From Eledone cirrhosa (lineage: Eukaryota), in NCBI GenBank assembly GCA_964016885.1, contig OZ024764.1, forward strand, positions 26,784,001-26,848,000: 64,000 nt of DNA. Reading direction: 5' to 3'. The notes under the pieces are model-generated. The model was not told where the DNA came from and ran no database searches. It saw nothing but the letters and a program-made list of their open reading frames with translations. The stretch's first letter is position 1. Every line of letters begins with the position of its first letter. The translations under genes were made by a program, and so were the position numbers. Below are positions 1-11,300 of the stretch, one piece after another.

Positions 1-3000
1 TCTCTCTCTCTCGTTTCATCTCGCTCTCACTCTCTCGTTTCATCTCGCTTCTCTCACTCTCGCGTTTCATCTCGCTCTCCCTGTCTCATTTCATCTCGCT
101 CTCTCTCTCTCTTCCTCTCTCTCTCTTGTTTCAACACTCTAATCCCTCACTTGTTTTATCTCTCTCTAATCCCTCACGTGTTTCATCTCTCTCAGAATTA
201 TTAGCCACAGGGGCAGAGATGTCCATAACATTACATGTCAGAATTATTAGCCACAGGGCAGAGATGTCCATAACATTACATGTCAGAATTATTAACCACA
301 GGGGCAGAGATGTCCATAACATTACATGACAGAATTATTAGCCACAGGGGCAGAGATGACTATAACATTACATGACAATTACTAGCCACAGGCGCAGATA
401 TGTCAATAACATTACATGACAGAGCTTCATCTCGCGCTCTCTCTCTCTCGTTTCATCTTGCGCTCTCTCTCTCCCGTTTCATCTTGCTCTCTCTCTCTCT
501 CGTTTCATCTCTGTCTTCCACTCTCTCGTTCCATCTCTCTCTTCCTCTCTCACGTTCCATCTCTCTCTTCCTCTCTCTCGTTTCATCTCTATCTCCCTTG
601 TTTCATCTCTCTCTCGCTCGCTCGTTTCATCTCTCTCTCCCTCTCGTTTCATCTCGCTCTCTCTCTCCTGTTTCATCACGCTCTCTCTCTCTCTCGTTTC
701 ATCTCTGTCTTCCTCTCTCTCTTCCACTCTCTCGTTTCATCTCTCTCTCCCTCGTTTCATCTCTCTCTCGCTCTCTCGTTTCATCTCTCTCTCCCTCCCG
801 TTTCATCTCGCTCTCTCTCTCCTGTTTCATCTCGCTCTCTCTCTCTCCTGTTTCATCTCGCTCTCTACTCTCGTTTCCACTCTCTCTCGTTTCATCTCTC
901 TCTCCCTCCCGTTTCATCTCGCTCTCTCTCTCTCGTTTCATCTCGCTCTCACTCTCTCGTTTCATCTCGTTCTCTCTCTGTCTCGTTTCATCTCGCTCTC
1001 TCTCTCTCATTTCATCTCGCTCTCTCTCTCTCGTTTCATCTCGCTCTCACTCTCTCGTTTCATCTCGCTCTCACTCTCTCGTTTCATCTCGCTCTCCCTG
1101 TCTCGTTTCATCTCGCTCACACTCTCTCATTTCATCTCGCTCTCTCTCTCTCTTGTTTCAACACTCTAATCCATCACTTGTTTCATCTCTCTCAGAATTA
1201 TTAGCCACAGGGGCAGAGATGACCATAACATTACATGTCAGAATTATTAGCCACAGGGGCAGAGATGACCATAACATTACATGACAATTATTAGCCACAG
1301 GGGCAGATATGTCAATAACATTACATGACAGAGTTTCATCTCGCGCTCTCTCTCTCTCGTTTCATCTTGCGCTCTCTCTCTCTCGTTTCCTTTCGCTCTC
1401 TCTCTCTCACGTTTCATCTCTGTCTTCCTCTCTCTCGTTCCATCTCTCTCTTCCTCTCTCTCGTTCCATCTCTCTCTTCCTCTCTCTCGTTTCATCTTTA
1501 TCTCCCTCCTTTCATCTGTCTCTCTCTCTGTCGTTTCATCTCGCGCTCTCTCTCTCTCGTTTCATCTCGCGCTCTCTCTCTCTCATTTCATCTCGCTCTC
1601 TCTCTCTCTCGTTTCATCTCTGTCTTCCTCTCTCTCTCTTCCTCTCTCTCGTTCCATCTCTCTCTTCCTCTCTCTCGTTTCATCTCTATCTCCCTCGTTT
1701 CATCTCTCTCTCGCTCTCTCGTTTCATCTCTCTCTCCCTCTCGTTTCATCTCGCTCTCTCTCTTCTGTTTCATCTCGCTCTCTACTCTCGTCTCCTCTCT
1801 CTCGTTTCCTCTCTGTCTCGTTTCATCTCGCTCTCCCTGTCTCATTTCATCTCGCTCTCTCTCTCTCTCTTCCTCTCTCTCTCTTGTTTCAACACTCTAA
1901 TCCCTCACTTGTTTTATCTCTCTCTAATCCCTCACTTGTTTCATCTCTCTTAGAATTATTAGCCACAGGGACAGAGATGTCCATAACATTACATGTCAGA
2001 ATTATTAGCCACAGGGCAGAGATGTCCATAACATTACATGTCAGAATTATTAGCCACAGGGGCAGAGATGTCCATAACATTACATGACAGAATTATTAGC
2101 CACAGGGGCAAAGATGTCCATAACATTACATGACAGAATTATTAGCCACAGGGGCAGAGATGTCCATAACATTACATGACAATTATTAGCCCCAAGGGCA
2201 GATATGTCCATAACATTACATGACAGAGTTTCATCTCGCTCTTTCTCTCTCTCGTTTCATCTCTGTCTTCCTCTCTCTCGTTCCATCTCTCTCTTGCTCT
2301 CTCTCATTCCATCTCTATCTTCCTCTCTCTCGTTTCATCTCTATCTCCCTCCTTTCATCTGTCTCTGTCTCTGTCGTTTCATCTCGCGCTCTCTCTCTCT
2401 CGTTTCATCTCGCGCTCTCTCTCTCTCGTTTCATCTCGCGCTCTCTCTCTCTCGTTTCATCTCGCTCTCTCTCTCTCTCGTTTCATCTCTTTCTTCCTCT
2501 CTCTCGTTCCATCTCTCTCTTTCTCTCTCTCGTTTCATCTCTATCTCCCTCGTTTCATCTCTCTCTCGCTCTCTCGTTTCATCTCTCTCTCCCTCTCGTT
2601 TCATCTCGCTCTCTACTCTCGTTTCCTCTCTCTCGTTTCCTCTCTGTCTCGTTCCATCCCGCTCTCTCTCTCTCTCTCTCATTACATCTCGCTCTCTCTG
2701 TCTCGTTTCATCTCGCTCTCTCTCTCTCTCGTTTCATCTCGCTCTCACTCTCTCGTTTCATCTCGCTCTCTCGTTTCATCTCGCTCTCTCTCGTTTCATC
2801 TCTGTCTTCCTCTCTCTCGTTCCATCTCTCTCTTCCTCTCGCTCGTTCCATCTCTCTCTTCCTCTCTCTCGTTTCATCTCTATCTCCCTCCTTTCATCTG
2901 TCTCTCTCTCTGTCGTTTCATCTCGCGCTCTCTCTCTCTCGTTTCATCTCGCGCTCTCTCTCTCTCGTTTCATCTCTCTCTCTCTCTCGTTTCATCTCTG

Positions 3001-3695
3001 TCTTCCTCTCTCTCGTTCCATCTCTCTCTTCCTCTCTCTCGTTTCATCTCTATCTCCCTCGTTTCATCTCTCTCTCCCTCTCGTTTCATCTCGCTCTCTC
3101 TCTCCTGTTTCATCTCGCTCTCTACTCTCGTTTCCTTACTCTCGTTTCCTCTCTCTCTCGTTTCCTCTCTGTCTCGTTCCATCCCGCTCTCTCTCTCTCT
3201 CATTACATCTCGCTCTCTCTGTCTCGTTTCAACTCGCTCTCTCTCTCTCTCGTTTCATCTCGCTCTCACTCTCTCGTTTCATATCGCTTCTCTCACTCTC
3301 GCGTTTCATCTCGCTCTCTCTCTCTCTTCCTCTCTCTCTCTTGTTTCAACACTCTAATCCCTCACTTGTTTTATCTCTCTCTAATCCCCCACGTGTTTCA
3401 TCTCTCTCACAATTATTAGCCACAGGGGCAGAGATGTCCATAACATTACATGTCAGAATTATTAGCCACAGGGCAGAGATGTCCATAACATTACATGTCA
3501 GAATTATTAACCACAGGGGCAGAGATGTCCATAACATTACATGACAGAATTATTAGCCACAGGGGCAGAGATGTCCATAACATAACATGACAGAATTATT
3601 AGCCACAGGGGCAGAGATGTCCATAACATTACATGACAGAATTATTAGCCACAGGGGCAGATATGTCCATAACATTACATGACAGAGTTTCATCT
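1..3695 (+). repeat. Compound satellite, array A: 46-bp unit clusters alternating with CT-rich blocks (CGTTTCATCT+(CT)n modules)
   Basis: 46-mer AGAATTATTAGCCACAGGGGCAGAGATGTCCATAACATTACATG(T/A)C clusters at ~194-420, 1195-1330, 1952-2226 and 3410-3686, separated by polypyrimidine blocks. The array ends abruptly at GAGTTTCATCT|GGTTGG (3695). Confidence 0.97.
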
Positions 3696-3734
3696 GGTTG
3701 GAGTAATAACAGTCTTGTTTATGTATATACACAC

Positions 3735-3767
<33 letters not shown>

Positions 3768-3872
3768 TGTTTGTTCTTGTATTTCTATAGAAAAGGTAAA
3801 GAAAAGAAGAATGCTCTATGTATTGTACAGAGCTATTTAATTACATAATAAACAACAGAATATAATTATTCC

Positions 3873-6228
3873 ATGCAAATAGACTTAGAATGGAAAACAT
3901 TCAGACAGAGAAGAATGGATAATGAGCGTCATAAGAGAAATTGGCCAACAATTAATATTAATGGAAATCTAGAAGAATTTCATATTAGTGATATGAATGT
4001 TTCGTGTGATCACTGTGAAGCTTTGAAATTTAGAAATGAAAATTCTAACTGTTGTAATAAAGGAAAGGTTGTGTTGCCACCATTGCAAATATACCCCGAG
4101 AGACTGAGAAATCTCTTTGAAAGAGGCCAGGAAGCAGTTGATTTCACAGAAACGTCTGCAATTAAAACTATATTTATTTCACTTCATTTGGTGTTACCAC
4201 CCGGCAGAGGCCCGTATAGCTTTCATATTCAGGGTCAAACATATCACTACACCCCCACCTCTGTAACCTGCAGAAAATACACCACAATATGGCCAGTTAT
4301 ATATTATTGATGGGAACGAAGGTGTGTAGCACAGATTGGAAGTACGACCAAATAATTGTTTCTGGCACAAGGCCAGCAATTACTGGTACTTTATTCTATC
4401 GACCTCATAAGGATGAAAACAAAGTCAACCTTGGAGGGATTTGAACCCAGAACGTAAAGGGCCATAACCCTATGCTGCAAAGCATGGTGTCTGACGCTCT
4501 ACCGATACTGCCAATCCACCGCCCTAGTACCAACAAATAATGAGTGCTCACCACAAAAAATGGCTATGATAAGAGAGGTGTTGCATGAATGTAATCCATA
4601 TGTCGAATTGTACAATACAATGCATGGCATCAAACAGCAAAGTGCAAGAAGAGAAAATTGTCGTGTACAGAACTGTGAATTAAGATTTAGAAGAGGATCA
4701 GATATGAGCTGCTATAATTTACCAACTAGTAATGATAGCTGTTGTTTTGTGGGGGATTGAGGGCAGACCACCTGTACAAAGAGATATTATCATCTTTCCT
4801 AAAGACCATCCTCCTCAGAAAATATCACATAATTCATGCCACTTGGACCTCATGACCGACCCATAATGGTGAATTTTGGTGGCATAGTGACATGGAGAGG
4901 AATGCAGGACCTGTGTTTGCAATAGACTGACAATGCAGGAGTATTACATATACAGTATAGCATATAGAGGAGGATTTAGTGCGATATATAGGGCAGGTAA
5001 ATTATTTTAGCAGTATTTAGTGGAAGCCTATATGAAAGTAGAGGGATGCAGGCTTCAATATTTGAGGAACAATCAAGCCCAATTGTGAGTGGATGAGTAT
5101 AATGGTTTAATGAATTATCTAAACAGATGATAACACTGAGCCTTAAGAAATGAAGACAAGATAAGAAACAGAGAAGACATTGACAGAATCGTGTCAGCAG
5201 AAATACCTGCATTGGAAGATGATCAAGTACTACATGAGCAGGTTTAAAAGTTTATGATCCACGGGCCATGTGGTTCTGGAAACCCTTTTCCCCCATTTAT
5301 ACAAAATGGATTTTTCCAAAAGAACTATCCAAAAACCTACAGAAGGGAAACATTATTGAACCTAAATGGATACCCAGAGTACAGGAGGTGCAAGACAGGA
5401 ACTGCAGTGTAAATTGGATGACATTCAGTAGATAACAGGAATGTTGTGCCATTTAATGCCTTTTTGCTTAAGAAATATTGTGCACATATTAATGTTGAAG
5501 TTTGCGCTTCTGTAAAAAGTGTCAAGTACCTCTTTAAATATGTTACATGGGGCATGATTGTACATCTATAGAAGTAACGAATAATGCATTACCTAATGAG
5601 GCTCAGAACCAACACAACCATGATGAAATAAGAACCTATCTTTGTTGCAGGTATGTGTCTCAGCCAGAAGCAGTGTCGTGTCTGTCCGAATTTAAGCTTC
5701 ATGGTACATCACATACATTATACAGCCTAGCCACACACCTGGAGAACAAACACAGTTTACTTTCAAAGAGGCAATGCTCAGGTTGTGGTAGAAATGCAGG
5801 GACCCTTGCTGCCTGGTTCAAGCTAAATGAACTTGCTTACACCTTCTGGGATGCCGCCTCACAAACTCCAATTAAAAGCAGGATCAATAATAATGCTTCT
5901 ATGGAATATTTCAATCCAGAACAGATTATGTAATGGCACAAGATTAGAAGTAGTAGAACTGCATAAACATTTTATCAAAGCTTCTCATATCTATGGTCCT
6001 TTGATGGGCAGGTGTGTTTTGATCCCAAGACTGAAGTTAGCCCCCAGTGGTGCCAACATCCTTTTTACTTTGGAAAGACCCCAGTTTCCATTAAGACTGT
6101 CATATGCCATGACAATCAACAAGAACCATGGTCAAATACATGATAAAGTGGGTCTGTTCCTCCCTGAGCAAGTATTTAACCCTGGACAATTGTATGTTGC
6201 TTTTTCAAGAGTTCACAGACAGATGTAA
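3873..6228 (+). pseudogene. Internally deleted, frameshifted Helitron RepHel relic (N-terminal Zn-knuckle, partial Rep, Pif1 helicase C-terminus)
   Basis: Motifs across frames: CDHCEALKF..E...CCNKGKVVLP; GPYSFHIQGQTYH; QYGQLYIID; GKLF*QYLVEAYMKVE; DIDRIVSAEIP; MIHGPCG; GYPEYRR; HINVEVCASVKSVKYLFKYV; DEIRTY..RYVS.PEA; TPSGMPPHKLQLK; LCNGTRL; QFPLRLSYAMTINK..GQ; GQLYVAFSRV. It has many stops and frameshifts. The HUH and Walker A regions are not seen. Confidence 0.93.
4357..4525 (-). mobile_element. tRNA-derived SINE inserted in Helitron copy 1
   Basis: The minus strand has A-box-like TGGCAGTATCGG and B-box GGTTCAAATCC. It is flanked by a ~16-bp TSD, AGTACGACCAAATAAT (4341-4356) / AGTACCAACAAATAAT (4526-4541), and interrupts Helitron coding homology. 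Confidence 0.85.
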
Positions 6229-6422
6229 AAATTAATCCTAGCAAACCCCCACCACTCCTACAACTGTTAGCTGTTAGCCCACCCCCAGCACCACCCAACC
6301 TCCGTTCTAGTCCCACCGTTAGAACCAATGCTGCTTACCCTGCCTCTTTTACTAGTTCACTCCGTCGCTCGAATTTCAAAGCTGGCCCTCTACACTTGGT
6401 CGTTGCCAGCTCACCACCTGGT

Positions 6423-6560
6423 TGTGCTCTCTGTGTCCGCACTAGCCGGTACCTAAACACAATAAAATGTCACCTGTGCTACCAAAACTACCACAGGAAC
6501 TCTGTCGGCATCAGCAAGGCTCAAGCCGAAAGGCTTCAATACTAGACCTGTAATCAGGGC
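6423..6560 (+). pseudogene. Decayed PHD-finger coding fragment
   Basis: Single frame reads CALC-VRTSRYLNTIK-CHLC-YQNY-HRN(S)-VGISKAQAERLQY(*)T-CNQ(G). TCT, TAG and GGC are each one substitution from TGT, TGG and TGC, which would restore a C4HC3 PHD with its aromatic residue. Confidence 0.6.
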
Positions 6561-6800
6561 CACTTTACCTCCGACGACCAGCTTTCTACCGAGTGTGTGT
6601 TGATGGAGGGGACATGAGACCAGCAAAGTCCTAGGAGTAGAGACTAGTAAATAATAAACGGTCCTAGCTATGTTAAGAATATATATAAGAAAAATGTTCT
6701 ATACATTTAAGAAGACAAGAGAAATAAATATTTACCTCTTTCATGTAGGTAATATAGCGGTGTTATAAAAGTATAATAACTGATGCGGGTAGTTTGTTTC

Positions 6801-7443
6801 AAACTATAACACATATAACTCTATCAGTGAAGCCCTTTAGTATAGGTCAACTGGGAAACTATAACACATATAACCCTATCAGTGAAGTCCTTTAGTATAG
6901 GTCAACTGGGAAACTATAACACATATAACCCTATCAGTGAAGTCCTTTAGTATAGGTCAACTGGGAAACTATAACATATATAACCCTATCAGTGAAGTCC
7001 TTTAGTATAGGTCAACTGGGAAACTATAACACATATAACCCTATCAGTGAAGTCCTTTAGTATAGGTCAACTGGGAAACTATAACACATATAACCCTATC
7101 AGTGAAGCCCTCTGGGAAACTATAACACATATAACTCTATCAGTGAAGCCCTTTAGTATAGGTCAACTGGGAAACTATAACACATATAACCCTATCAGTG
7201 AAGTCCTTTAGTATAGGTCAACTGGGAAATTATAACACATATAACCCTATCAGTGAAGTCCTTTAGTATAGGTCAACTGGGAAACTATAACACATATAAC
7301 CCTATCAGTGAAGTCCTTTAGTATAGGTCAACTGGGAAACTATAACACATATAACCCTATCAGTGAAGTCCTTTAGTATAGGTCAACTGGGAAATTATAA
7401 CACATATAACCCTATCAGTGAAGTCCTTTAGTATAGGTCAACT
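6801..7443 (+). repeat. 55-bp minisatellite, ~12 units
   Basis: Unit GGGAAACTATAACACATATAACCCTATCAGTGAAGTCCTTTAGTATAGGTCAACT, with starts at 6853 and 6908 etc. One truncated unit at ~7076-7113. Confidence 0.95.
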
Positions 7444-7494
7444 AACAGAAGTATTACGGGTATGGAAAAAATTCTAAATAAGCCTACAAGAGTC

Positions 7495-7562
7495 ATTGCG
7501 GGCCACTCTGACTGGTCAGGTGGGCTCGATTGTGGTCCGCGGGCCGCCTGTTGTACGCCCCT
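7495..7562. mobile_element. hAT (Charlie/MER58-like) MITE right terminus fragment
   Basis: GGTCCGCGGGCCGCCTGTTGTACGCCCCTC followed by CTTTAGAC resembles the GGCCCGCGGGCC...CACCCCTG end and NTNTARAN target of hAT MITEs. A copy lies at ~56703-56748. Confidence 0.5.
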
Positions 7563-7585
7563 CCTTTAGACAGTATATCTATCAC

Positions 7586-7795
7586 TGTTAAGTAATACTG
7601 TGATCTGTCGGCCAACTACATTTTCCAGCCTGTGGCGTTTGGGGGAGTCGGGATACTGACTGCGAGATTCCTATCTTCACTGGCGGCTAGCCTGACGAAG
7701 GTGACTGGTGAAGCTCGTGAGGGCACTTGGTTGTTCCAGCTCCTCAGCCTCGCCATCGCCCGAGGTAACGCTGCAGACGTGCTGGCTTGCCTAAA
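7586..7795 (+). pseudogene. 3' fragment of an RLE-type (CRE-like) non-LTR retrotransposon
   Basis: Reads YCDLSANYIFQPVAFGGVGILTARFLSSLAASLTKVTGEAREGTWLFQLLSLAIARGNAADVLA, matching the F.PxAxET.G...FL...TG..RE...FQRLSxAxQRGNAA C-terminal signature. Confidence 0.75.
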
Positions 7796-7887
7796 AAATC
7801 ATTAGAGAGGTTTCCCAGTGCTCCTCGCGATACTGTTATCTTTTGATCTAGTAGCAGCTCGTTTGTCCACCCCTTTCGCCTGCCTTT

Positions 7888-8070
7888 GGTTGTATGTCGT
7901 CCTAGATGTGGGTATTACCTGCTTGTGTGTTGTATGTGGTCCTAGATGTGTGTATTACCTGCTTATGTGGTCCTAGATGTATGTATTACCTGCTGGTGTG
8001 TTGTATGTGGTCCCAGATGTGTGGATTACCTGTTTTTGTGTTGTATGTGGTCCCAAATGTGTGTGCTACC
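7888..8070 (+). repeat. ~40-bp degenerate minisatellite (~5 copies)
   Basis: GTTGTATGTGGTCCTAGATGTGTGTATTACCTGCTTGTGT repeated. A copy lies at ~57072-57255. Confidence 0.85.
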
Positions 8071-8659
8071 CGCTTCTGTGATTTGTTTCTTCTTTCTCTC
8101 TTCCGAGAAACAATCCTGTATTTTTTTAATCTATTCCATGCGTTAAGTAATTAGCAGCAACAACAAACCGATTTTCAGTTGTAAAAAGAATCTTTAAACC
8201 TTCACCATTTACATTAACACATACCATACGTTGTCCCAGCCACAAATAAACAGTAAAAAAAACTTACTTTGCGGTTAAATTCTTCACAATTAAAAGAAAA
8301 ATATTTCTAACACGTTTCTAGACAACACCAAGTTTACACCTTCAATATCCGGTAAAAGTAAAAACAAATTCTGGAGACATTTAACGAAACGAAACTATGT
8401 AAAGAAAAACGAAAATTAAACGAAGACAAATAGTAAATTTTAATTTTTATTAAATAAAATACCAGTAATTCACTGCAGTAGATTTAATCAACTTTACTCT
8501 CTCTGCACGAAAGAAGAAAAAAATTCCTGACTTAGTGCTTAATATATAGAGAGGGGGAGAGTTTGGTGTTACTTCATATAGAGAGGGGTATTGGAAGAGA
8601 CTGCCGTGTAGTAGATATAGAGAGGGAGAGAGTTAGTGCTAATTGATATAAAGAGGGGG

Positions 8660-10592
8660 ATATTCAAATTATCCCCTGTGGGGCGTGCACCCCACGTTGA
8701 GAATCCCTCATAAATGAATATATGTGAGTGTGTTTCTATGACTGCTATTTCTAGCATGTATGGACACTTTAGAAATAGCAGCGAAAAACGGAAAACAGCA
8801 GAAAGAAGGACACACACCTATATATATATATATATATATATATACCAGCTATACACTCACCCATACATATATATATATACCAGCTATACACACACCCATA
8901 TCTACGTATAGGTGTGTGTGCGCGCGTGTATGTATATATAAATATATATATTTAAATGTATATATCTGTGCATATATATATGTATATATGTATATATATA
9001 TATATATATACAGATACATAATTATATATATATATATACGTGTGTGACCTTTTTTCTTATGTTTCCCGTGTTTCGCTGCTATTTCTAAAGTGTCCATATA
9101 TGCTAGAAATAGCAGTCAAATACACCAAACAAACTGCACACCCGCAAAATTTTTGCCTCGATTTTTGCGATTAAGTAAGACAAGAGTTATCTTTCTTGGC
9201 AAATTGTTAAAAAACTTTTGCCTGATTTTAAGCCAAAGTTTTTTAATGGCTGCCACTTCCGGTTTTTGTTGTGCGTCTACAGGACTGCAGTAAACCTGCT
9301 AGAAATAGCAGTCATAGCAACACACTCACATATATTTATTTATGAGGGATTCTCAACGTGGGGTGCACGCCCCACAGGGGATAATTTGAATATAATAGGG
9401 GTCAATTTGAAAGTCATATAATACGACCCAACTCCCTGTTACACTTCGTATACACATGTTATCGTGTATCTGGCAGCACCTGCGAGAAGTTTGTTTACAT
9501 TAATAAAAACGATGATTCGTTGTCTTCAGTAGTTCCAAACCTTTTTTGCTCCATGCCCCACCTCAACGTTTAAAAATTAGGTTTATGTTCCCCTTTAATA
9601 TAGAAATAAACCGAGTCTTGTAAAAGTGTTACTACTGTAATATAAAGTAGAAATGCTTTAATTAAACAAAGCTACGATGCCGCGATGATCAAAACAAACT
9701 TCAAAATATAAACAAACTTCTCGTAGCTGCTGCCAGATACACGATAACATGTGAACAAAGTGTAACTGGAAGTTTGGTCGTATTATATCACTTTCTAATT
9801 GGCCCCTATTAAATTCAAATTGCCCCCTGTGGGGCGTGTACCCTTCGTTGAGAATCCCTGATATATAAATATACATAAGTGTGTTGTTATGACTGCTATT
9901 TCTAGTAGGTTTATGGCTGTCCTGTAGACGCACAACAAAAACCGGAAGTGGCAGCCATTAAAAAACTTTGGCTTAAAATCAGCCAAAAGATTTTCAATAA
10001 TAGTAAAATTTTATTTTTGACAAGGACGATAACTTTTGTCTTACTTAATCGCAAAAATCGAGGCAAAAATTTTGCGGGTGTGCAGTTTACACGCTAAAAT
10101 AAACCTGCTAGAAATAGCAGTCATAGCAACTCACATATATTTATATATCATATATATATATATATATATATATCAGCCAAACACACACACTTATATATGT
10201 ACGTGTGTGTGTGTTGACCGCTATATATATATATAGCAGCCAAACACATACACAGACACACATATATATATATATACATGTGTGTGTGTTTGTGTGTGTG
10301 TCCTCTTCTCGTCTATGGCTGCTATTTTTACATTGTCCTTCTTTTTGTTATTTTTCTCGGGATTTGCCCGGATTCGAACATGCGACCACCTATTTACAAT
10401 ACAGAATCTTTACAGCTTTACTGACTTTTAAGTAATCCAAGTTGTAACCCCGGATTTAGTAGTGTTTAATTTATTTTGAAGTATTTTATTATTGGCCTTA
10501 GTTAGACGATCGTCCAAGACCATGCTGGGGCATATATATATATATGTATATATATGTGTGTGTGTGTGTGTATGCTGGGGCATATATATATA

Positions 10593-10647
<55 letters not shown>

Positions 10648-11300
10648 ATATATATATGTGTGTGTGTGTGTGTGTCCTTTCTGTTATTCGCTGCTATTTC
10701 TAAAGTGTCCATATATATATCATATATATATATATATGATATATAAATATATGTAAGTGAGTTGCTATGACTGCTATTTCTAGCAGGTTTATTTTTAGCG
10801 TGTAAACTGCACACCCTCAAAATTTTTGCCTCGATTTTTGCGATTAAGTAAGACAAAAGTTATCGTCCTTGTCAAAAATAAAATTTTACTATTATTGAAA
10901 ATCTTTTGGCTGATTTTAAGCCAAAGTTTTTTAATGGCTGCCACTTCCGGTTTTTGTTGTGCGTCTACAGGACTGCAGTAAACCTGCTAGAAATAGCAGT
11001 CATAGCAACACACTCACATATATTTATTTATGAGGGATTCTCAACGTGGGGTGCACGCCCCACAGGGGATAATTTGAATATAATAGGGGTCAATTTGAAA
11101 GTCATATAATACGACCCAACTCCCTGTTACACTTCGTATACACATGTTATCGTGTATCTGGCAGCACCTGCGAGAAGTTTGTTTACATTTTGGGGTTTGC
11201 TTTGATGATCGCTGCATCGCAGCTTTGTTTAAATAAAGGGTTTCTACTTTATATTACAGTAATAACACTTTTACAAGACTCGGATTGTTTTTATATTAAA
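8660..11300. repeat. Mosaic of a ~400-550 bp MITE-like module in alternating orientations, interleaved with (TA)n/(TG)n
   Basis: The module carries GGCTGCCACTTCCGG, CTGCTAGAAATAGCAGTC, GGGTGCACGCCCCACAGGGG, TATCTGGCAGCAC and GTTTGTTTACA. Orientations are - (~8665-8780), + (~9100-9500), - (~9620-10135) and + (~10755-11300). Confidence 0.8.
10355..10430 (-). other. Degenerate tRNA-like / SINE head
   Basis: The minus strand reads GGTGGTCGCATGTTCGAATCCGGG (variable loop plus B box). The cloverleaf does not pair well. A copy lies at ~60225-60300. Confidence 0.3.

Noticed and set aside
130-180. CTCTAATCCC in block tails as a telomeric (CCCTAA) repeat
   Set aside because: There are only one or two imperfect words per block and no tandem TTAGGG run.
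194-240. GCCACAGGGGCAG in the 46-mer resembles a CTCF site
   Set aside because: It is shorter than the CCASYAGRKGGCRS core, so the spacing does not fit. It is not supportable without a PWM scan or ChIP.
5827-6228. Host PIF1 helicase gene
   Set aside because: It is only a C-terminal fragment, contiguous with Helitron Rep motifs, multi-copy and degenerate (KSQGQ decayed to KNHGQ).
6801-7443. CCCTATCAGTGA in the 55-mer matches part of the tet operator (possible vector contamination)
   Set aside because: Only 12 bp match and the palindromic TAGAGA half is missing. The unit and flanks are not a TRE cassette, and it is embedded in duplicated genomic sequence.
10355-10430. Functional tRNA gene
   Set aside because: A B-box is present, but the acceptor, D and T stems do not pair convincingly. 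Kept only as a tRNA-like relic.
8714-10856. YI/CV/HT-rich short ORFs (also 52196-52458 and 59135-60750)
   Set aside because: These are translations of (TA)n, (TG)n and (GA)n microsatellites.
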